Origin: Acidimicrobiia bacterium
GTDB lineage: Bacteria; Actinomycetota; Acidimicrobiia; IMCC26256; JAOSJL01
DNA: 64,000 nt
Assembly (NCBI GenBank): GCA_041394025.1
Contig: JAWKJA010000002.1
Coordinates: 979,178 to 1,043,177, forward strand
Reading direction: 5' to 3'
The translations under genes and the position numbers were made by a program. The notes under the pieces were generated by a model. That model saw only the letters and a list, made by a program, of their open reading frames with translations, was not told the DNA's origin and did no database searches. Each line of letters begins with the position of its first letter. Positions within the stretch are counted from its first letter, which is position 1. Shown here in pieces: positions 59,417 through 64,000 of this stretch.

Positions 59417-61158
59417 CTCTTCTCCCGTCGTTGGTCGGCCGACCGTATCGCCTGCCGGAAGAGACGGCCGAGGTCGCCGCGTATCATGTCGACATCGGGC
59501 GCACGGGCGTGCGCCGACGTGCCGAAGACGCGTTGCAGCGCGGCGGCATCGGTCCGACCTCCGATCGACAGGCACAGGCAGCCGATTCCGTTGCGTCGCG
59601 CCTCGGCGAGCGCGCGACGGGCATCCGCCTCCCCGTAGGTTCCCTCGTACCCGTCGTCGTAGGCGAAGCCGTCCGAGAGGACGACGAGGAGGCGTTGCTC
59701 CGTCCCACCGTGTGTCTCGAGGAGGTGGGATCCATGGCGCACGGCGGCACCGAGACGCGTGTACGAACCCGGCTCGAGAACAGCGAGACGGCGGAGCGTC
59801 TCGGCACCGTAGTGGTCGTCGAAGGTCTTGACCCGCACCATGTGGACGGCGGAACGACCCCGGGACCGGAAGCCGTAGGCCGCCACGCGGTCTCCCAGAC
59901 TCGCCAGTGCGTCGAGCAACCTGGCCGCGGCGGCACGCTGGTGGTCGTGGACCGAGCGGCCGGCGGGGCTGCGCTCCGCTCCCGACCCCGAGATGTCGAG
60001 GAGTACCAGGACCGACAGGTCGCGCCGGGTCCGCAGGTTCTCGAGGTACACGTCCTCGTCGATCTCCTGGGGCACGTCGACGTCACGGGCCGCAGCGTGA
60101 CCGACGGCCAACTCCACCTGCCGGTCGACGACCGCGTCGAGATCCAGATCGTCGCCCTGCGGTCGACGCCGGTTTCGCTGCAAGCCGACGCCCAGGCGCG
60201 CCAGGCGCCTGCGCAGCACATCGTCGGACGCCGATCCGAGGTCGCGGGGAGGCCGGTCGTGCGGCGGCTCCACCTCCACGACGGTGCACCAGCCTGGCCT
60301 GTAGCGCCTCTTGTGAGCGTTCCACTCGGGGTACACGGCGTGCCCCGGGACGAGCGGCTGCTCGGCCACCGTGGGATCGACGGGGACGAGCGACACCACG
60401 GCGTGCTTGCCCCGCCGCGCGACCGCGCGGCCCCTGCCCGTGGGCAGTTCGGCACCCGCCGGGCCGGAGCCCTCCTCGCGTCCGAGCCCCAGCACCTTGT
60501 GGAGAAGCCTCGCCACCGGCCCCCGGCCACCGACCGGCGCGCTGAACTTCTCGGCCACCCTTCCCGGGTCCTGAGTCTCCTCGCTCTCGTCGAGATCGGG
60601 CAGGTCGTCGTCGCGTGGACTCCTCCGGAGATCTTGGCGGGTCGGGACCCCACCGTCGTCGCCGCGGTCGCGACGCAGCACACGGCGCGGGCGAATGGTC
60701 CCCCACTCCGGTGGTGGGTCGGGCACCGTCGGGTCGCCCAGCGCGGTCTCGAGTGACTCCTCGGGGCTCCGTGTGACGGGGATGCCCTCGGGCGTCGGGA
60801 TTCGCACACCGGGAGGGAGTCCGCCCCCGGCCGCCAAGCGGCACGACTCGAGCGCCAGGTAGCGGCTCGTGACCCGGGGGTGCCCCGACAGGCGTTTCAG
60901 GATCGGGCGGTCCAGGGAGTGACCTCCCAGCAGTGCCGCCTGTGCCGCGACCTCCGCGCGGGTGCCCGGCCACCCGGCGGCAGGGTCGGGCGACACGAAG
61001 ATCGTCGCTCCGTCGGTGAAGGGTGCCTCCCCCTCCCGATGGGGCGCGACCTCGACCGGGCGGCCGGCGAGCGCCGACGCCAGGAGCCGGTAGCGCTCGC
61101 TCTCGACCCCGGGCCGCGCTCGCTCGGGGATATCGTCGGTGTCGTCGGATACGGGCAC
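59401..61158 (-). CDS. NorD/CbbO-type von Willebrand factor A (VWA) domain protein
   Basis: 585 aa. YPEWNAHKRRYRPGWCTVVE (the NorD/CbbO YxEWD...WC block) and a C-terminal VWA domain with MIDAS LLDISGSG. GTG start. Confidence 0.8.
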   Translation of the reverse strand: MPVSDDTDDIPERARPGVESERYRLLASALAGRPVEVAPHREGEAPFTDGATIFVSPDPAAGWPGTRAEVAAQAALLGGHSLDRPILKRLSGHPRVTSRYLALESCRLAAGGGLPPGVRIPTPEGIPVTRSPEESLETALGDPTVPDPPPEWGTIRPRRVLRRDRGDDGGVPTRQDLRRSPRDDDLPDLDESEETQDPGRVAEKFSAPVGGRGPVARLLHKVLGLGREEGSGPAGAELPTGRGRAVARRGKHAVVSLVPVDPTVAEQPLVPGHAVYPEWNAHKRRYRPGWCTVVEVEPPHDRPPRDLGSASDDVLRRRLARLGVGLQRNRRRPQGDDLDLDAVVDRQVELAVGHAAARDVDVPQEIDEDVYLENLRTRRDLSVLVLLDISGSGAERSPAGRSVHDHQRAAAARLLDALASLGDRVAAYGFRSRGRSAVHMVRVKTFDDHYGAETLRRLAVLEPGSYTRLGAAVRHGSHLLETHGGTEQRLLVVLSDGFAYDDGYEGTYGEADARRALAEARRNGIGCLCLSIGGRTDAAALQRVFGTSAHARAPDVDMIRGDLGRLFRQAIRSADQRREKRCGSW

Positions 61159-61244
61159 ACGATCTCCGGTGGCGCGGGTACGGGACCGATATCGTATATT
61201 CCGTCAGATGATTGGAGTGCCCGGCCGGGCCTCCCGGGGGGCGC

Positions 61245-62039
61245 ATGGCACCACTGCTCGAAACCAGCGATCTCTCGGTGACCTTCGGCGGGCTCCACGC
61301 CCTCGACGACGTCTCGCTCACCGTCGAGGAGGGCTCCTTCGTCGGCCTCATCGGCCCCAACGGCGCCGGCAAGACGACCTTCGTCGACGCCATCACCGGC
61401 TTCGTTCCGTACCGGGGTGAGGTCCGCTTCGCCGAGCGGGCCCTCGTCCGGGCGCGCCCTCACCGGCGAGCCGCCGCCGGGCTCGTGCGCACCTTTCAGT
61501 CCCTCGAGCTCTTCGACGACCTCACCGTGCGCGAGAACCTGCTCGTCAGTCACGAGAAGCCGATGTGGTGGTCGATGTTCGTCGACGCTGTGCGGCCCCG
61601 GTCGGGCCTGTCGGACCCGGACGTGAACGGGGCCCTCGAGTTGCTCGACCTCACCGATGTGGCCGATCGCATGCCCACGGAGCTTCCGCACGGTGTCCGT
61701 AAGTTGGTCGGCGTCGGGCGTGCGCTCGCAGGCGATCCCAGGCTCCTGGTCCTCGACGAGCCTGCCGCCGGCCTCGACTCGGAGGAGAGCATCGAGCTGG
61801 GTGAGCGCCTGAAGACCCTCACGGAGCACGGCATCACGATCCTCATGGTCGACCACGACATGGCCCTCGTTCTCGGGGTGTGCGACCCGATCTGGGTCCT
61901 CGACTTCGGGAAGGTCATCGGATGTGGCCCGCCGAACGCCATCCAGCGCGACCCGGCTGTCGTTGCCGCGTACCTCGGTGAGCAGGGCGGGTCCCCCGCC
62001 GACGACCCTGCCCCCACCACGGGGACGACCCCGGCGTGA
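61245..62039 (+). CDS. LivG-like ABC transporter ATP-binding protein with no adjacent permease
   Basis: ATG at 61245 within the track ORF starting at 61212. GPNGAGKTT, LVLDEPAAGLD and LMVDHDM motifs. Confidence 0.85.
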   Translation: MAPLLETSDLSVTFGGLHALDDVSLTVEEGSFVGLIGPNGAGKTTFVDAITGFVPYRGEVRFAERALVRARPHRRAAAGLVRTFQSLELFDDLTVRENLLVSHEKPMWWSMFVDAVRPRSGLSDPDVNGALELLDLTDVADRMPTELPHGVRKLVGVGRALAGDPRLLVLDEPAAGLDSEESIELGERLKTLTEHGITILMVDHDMALVLGVCDPIWVLDFGKVIGCGPPNAIQRDPAVVAAYLGEQGGSPADDPAPTTGTTPA

Positions 62040-62806
62040 GCCACACCGGCACACCGCCTGGTCCGGGGCCCTCCCGCCCACAACACGAAGGACTCGACGG
62101 GCGCGTCCTGCATGTCGACGGCCTGACAGCCGGCTACGACGGTGTCCCCGTCGTCCGCGACGTTTCGCTTCACGTCGGTGCGGGCGAGGTCGTCGCTCTC
62201 CTGGGCCCCAACGGTGCCGGCAAGACAACGACGCTCCTGTCGATCTCGGGCCTGATCGCCCCGATGGGCGGCACGATCACGGTTGTCGGTGGGCCGGCGT
62301 CGACACGTCGGCCCTACGTGACGGCACGTCGGGGTGTCGCCCACGTCCCGGAGGACCGCTCGCTCTTCTTCGGGCTGAGTGGCCGTGAGAACCTGCGTCT
62401 CGGCACGCGGGGATCCCGGGTCGACATCGATGATGCCCTCGAGTTCTTTCCGGCGCTCGAGCCTCATCTCCGCAAGCGAGCGGGGTTGCTGTCGGGAGGC
62501 GAGCAGCAGATGCTGGCACTCGCGCGTGCGCTCGTGGGACGCCCCAAGCTCCTCATGGTGGACGAGATGAGTCTGGGGCTTGCTCCCATCATCGTGGAAC
62601 ATCTCGTCCCGGTGTTGCGCGACGTCGCCGAGAAGACCGGCACCGGCGTCCTGGTCGTGGAGCAACACGTCCACGTCGCCCTCGAGGTGGCCGACCGCGC
62701 CTACGTCATGAACAAGGGCGGTATCGAGATCGAGGGAACAGCCATGGAGCTGTCGACCGCCACCGACCGGCTCGAGGCCAGCTACCTCGGTCGTAGCGGC
62801 TTCTGA
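62036..62806 (+). CDS. LivF-like ABC transporter ATP-binding protein with no adjacent permease
   Basis: GTG at 62036 overlaps the upstream stop (GTGA). GPNGAGKTT, LSGGEQQ and LMVDEMSLGLAP motifs. Confidence 0.85.
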   Translation: MSHTGTPPGPGPSRPQHEGLDGRVLHVDGLTAGYDGVPVVRDVSLHVGAGEVVALLGPNGAGKTTTLLSISGLIAPMGGTITVVGGPASTRRPYVTARRGVAHVPEDRSLFFGLSGRENLRLGTRGSRVDIDDALEFFPALEPHLRKRAGLLSGGEQQMLALARALVGRPKLLMVDEMSLGLAPIIVEHLVPVLRDVAEKTGTGVLVVEQHVHVALEVADRAYVMNKGGIEIEGTAMELSTATDRLEASYLGRSGF

Positions 62807-62897
62807 GGTGGGTGGGTCCTCCCCCCGGACGGTCGGATCGTTCCCCGGCAACAGCAATCATACAGATTATTGAGCTGATTTTGGCCGGGGCATTACA

Positions 62898-63500
62898 GTG
62901 TCGACCGTGCCGAGCGATCCCGACCTCACCGACGACGCCTGGCGTCTGCTCCACGAGATACGCCTCCGCGGGATGCTCGACGCCGACGGCCAATCCCGCG
63001 CCGACGACCTCGAATCATCAGGGCTGATCGCTCGCAAAGCCTCCTTCCTCGTGCTCACGCCGGCGGGTCGCGAAGCACATGCCGCGTGGGCCCTGCTCCC
63101 CGACGACTCCGAGGAGCGCAACGCTGCGCGCCGAACGTACGAGAACTTCCTCCCGATGAACCGGGAGCTGCTCCAGGTCTGCCACGACTGGCAGGTGACG
63201 AGCGGTGGCGCTCCCAACGACCACAGCGACAAGGCCTACGACTGGGCCGTCATCGACCGTCTCGCTGCACTCGACGAGAGAGCCGGCCCGCTCGTCCGGC
63301 GCCTCGGGAGAAAGGTCAGCCGTTTCGGCGACTACCGGTCCCGGCTCAGGGATGCCCTTCGGCGGGTGCAGGACGGTGAGAACGAGTGGTTCGCGTCCCC
63401 GCGTTGCGACTCGTACCACACGGTGTGGATGCAGTTCCACGAGGACCTCCTCGCAGCCGTCGGGGTCGGGCGCGACGAAGAGGCCGAAGCGGCGTCGTGA
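62898..63500 (+). CDS. Hypothetical protein (200 aa), no family recognised
   Basis: GTG start downstream of an AT-rich island. Codon usage matches its neighbours. The N-terminus could be a winged helix; this is weak. Confidence 0.5.
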   Translation: MSTVPSDPDLTDDAWRLLHEIRLRGMLDADGQSRADDLESSGLIARKASFLVLTPAGREAHAAWALLPDDSEERNAARRTYENFLPMNRELLQVCHDWQVTSGGAPNDHSDKAYDWAVIDRLAALDERAGPLVRRLGRKVSRFGDYRSRLRDALRRVQDGENEWFASPRCDSYHTVWMQFHEDLLAAVGVGRDEEAEAAS

Positions 63501-63509
63501 CGGCGTGTC

Positions 63510-64000
63510 TCAGCCCGCCTGGAGTGCTGCCACGGTCCCGGCGGGAAGGTCGCGGTGGTCGAATCCCGGGGTGTAGAAGCTGATCCGGTCGAGCAGGTCA
63601 CCGTACCTGCCGAGGAGCTCCCGGGCCACGTCGTCGGGTTCGGCGACCACGGCGAATGCGTGGAGGATGTCGTCATCGATGAGGTCACCCATCTCCGCCC
63701 ACCGGTCCTGTTTCGTGAGGGAGCGCAGCTCCGTCTGCAGCTCGCCCCATCCGTGGAGTTCGAGGACCCGCCGGTAGGCGGGTGTCGAGGCGTAGAACGC
63801 GATCTGCTCCCGTGTCGCGGCTGCCACCCGGGCGAGCTCCTCCTCGGAACGGCCGGTCACGGTGAACATCGGGCCCACGACCTCCACGTCGGCCCGTGAC
63901 CGACCCGATGAACGGAGGCCCTTCTCCAGTGCAGGCATCGTGATGTCCCGCAGGGACCTCTCGGTCGCGAAGCCGTGCACCAGGAGGCCGTCGGCCACCT
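63510..64000 (-). CDS. LLM-class F420-dependent oxidoreductase, C-terminal part only; the N-terminus lies beyond the window
   Basis: The frame is open to the window end. ADGLLVHGFATERS...QIAFYASTPAYRRVLELHGW is typical of the LLM/F420 family. Confidence 0.75.
   Translation of the reverse strand, partial: VADGLLVHGFATERSLRDITMPALEKGLRSSGRSRADVEVVGPMFTVTGRSEEELARVAAATREQIAFYASTPAYRRVLELHGWGELQTELRSLTKQDRWAEMGDLIDDDILHAFAVVAEPDDVARELLGRYGDLLDRISFYTPGFDHRDLPAGTVAALQAG

Noticed and set aside
61219-61230. A 12-bp perfect palindrome, GCCCGGCCGGGC, in the 5' region of the orphan LivG gene.
   Set aside because: It consists only of G and C in a GC-rich genome, so chance occurrence is high. It also lies inside the alternative TTG-initiated reading frame. 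There is not enough evidence to call it a regulatory site.
62843-62890. An inverted repeat CCCCGGC...GCCGGGG enclosing an AT-rich 34-nt loop after the LivF-like stop, considered as an intrinsic terminator or small RNA.
   Set aside because: The loop is too long and there is no U-tract. The AT-rich interior (TTGAGC...CATTAC) looks more like the promoter of the downstream gene at 62898.
1-64000. I looked for CRISPR arrays, tRNA/rRNA genes, IS elements, integrases, prophage genes and long direct or tandem repeats.
   Set aside because: Every intergenic gap is shorter than about 130 nt and is taken up by promoter-like AT-rich islands. I noticed no repeat-spacer periodicity, cloverleaf-sized gap or transposase-like or integrase-like ORF. 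A by-eye scan cannot exclude short or degenerate repeats.

Overview
GC-rich, gene-dense window with about 61 protein-coding genes and intergenic gaps all under about 130 nt. I found no rRNA, tRNA, CRISPR array, transposase or integrase. Frequent GTG/TTG starts, F420-type LLM oxidoreductases, many P450s and lipoprotein ABC binding proteins suggest an Actinomycetota-type genome; this is inference only. Genes sit in long operons joined by 1-16 nt start/stop overlaps (ATGA, GTGA, TTGA). Many ORF-track entries carry false N-terminal extensions, which I trimmed to starts that abut the upstream stop codon.

Content by region:
- 1-35 kb: a catabolic mosaic. It holds 4 cytochrome P450s, a 3Fe-4S ferredoxin, acyl-CoA dehydrogenases including an adjacent long/short pair, a crotonase, a double-hotdog hydratase, a family III CoA-transferase, 3 amidohydrolase-2 proteins, several SDRs, an aldehyde dehydrogenase, LLM oxidoreductases, a leaderless Cys-type sulfatase and 2 TetR regulators.
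- Interspersed nucleobase/nucleoside genes: 2 nucleoside hydrolases, 2 Fcy1-type deaminases, upp, an ADA-fold deaminase and a tandem pair of SAH-hydrolase paralogs, plus a mazEF-like toxin-antitoxin pair.
- 35-50 kb: 3 paralogous FAD amine-oxidase-like proteins, an AveC-family membrane protein, a Liv-type ABC system with a LivH-LivM-LivG triple fusion and 2 paralogous binding proteins, a SIS protein and a BKACE enzyme.
- 50.5-61.2 kb, the most unusual locus: a CbbQ/NorQ-type AAA+ ATPase and a NorD/CbbO-type VWA protein lie in separate transcription units. Each is directly coupled to one of two paralogous ~900-aa proteins that fuse an extended SDR, a rifampin-phosphotransferase-like helical region and a PEP-utilizer swivel-His domain. 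No Rubisco or nitric-oxide reductase client is present.

All family calls come from by-eye motif recognition. No database search was run.
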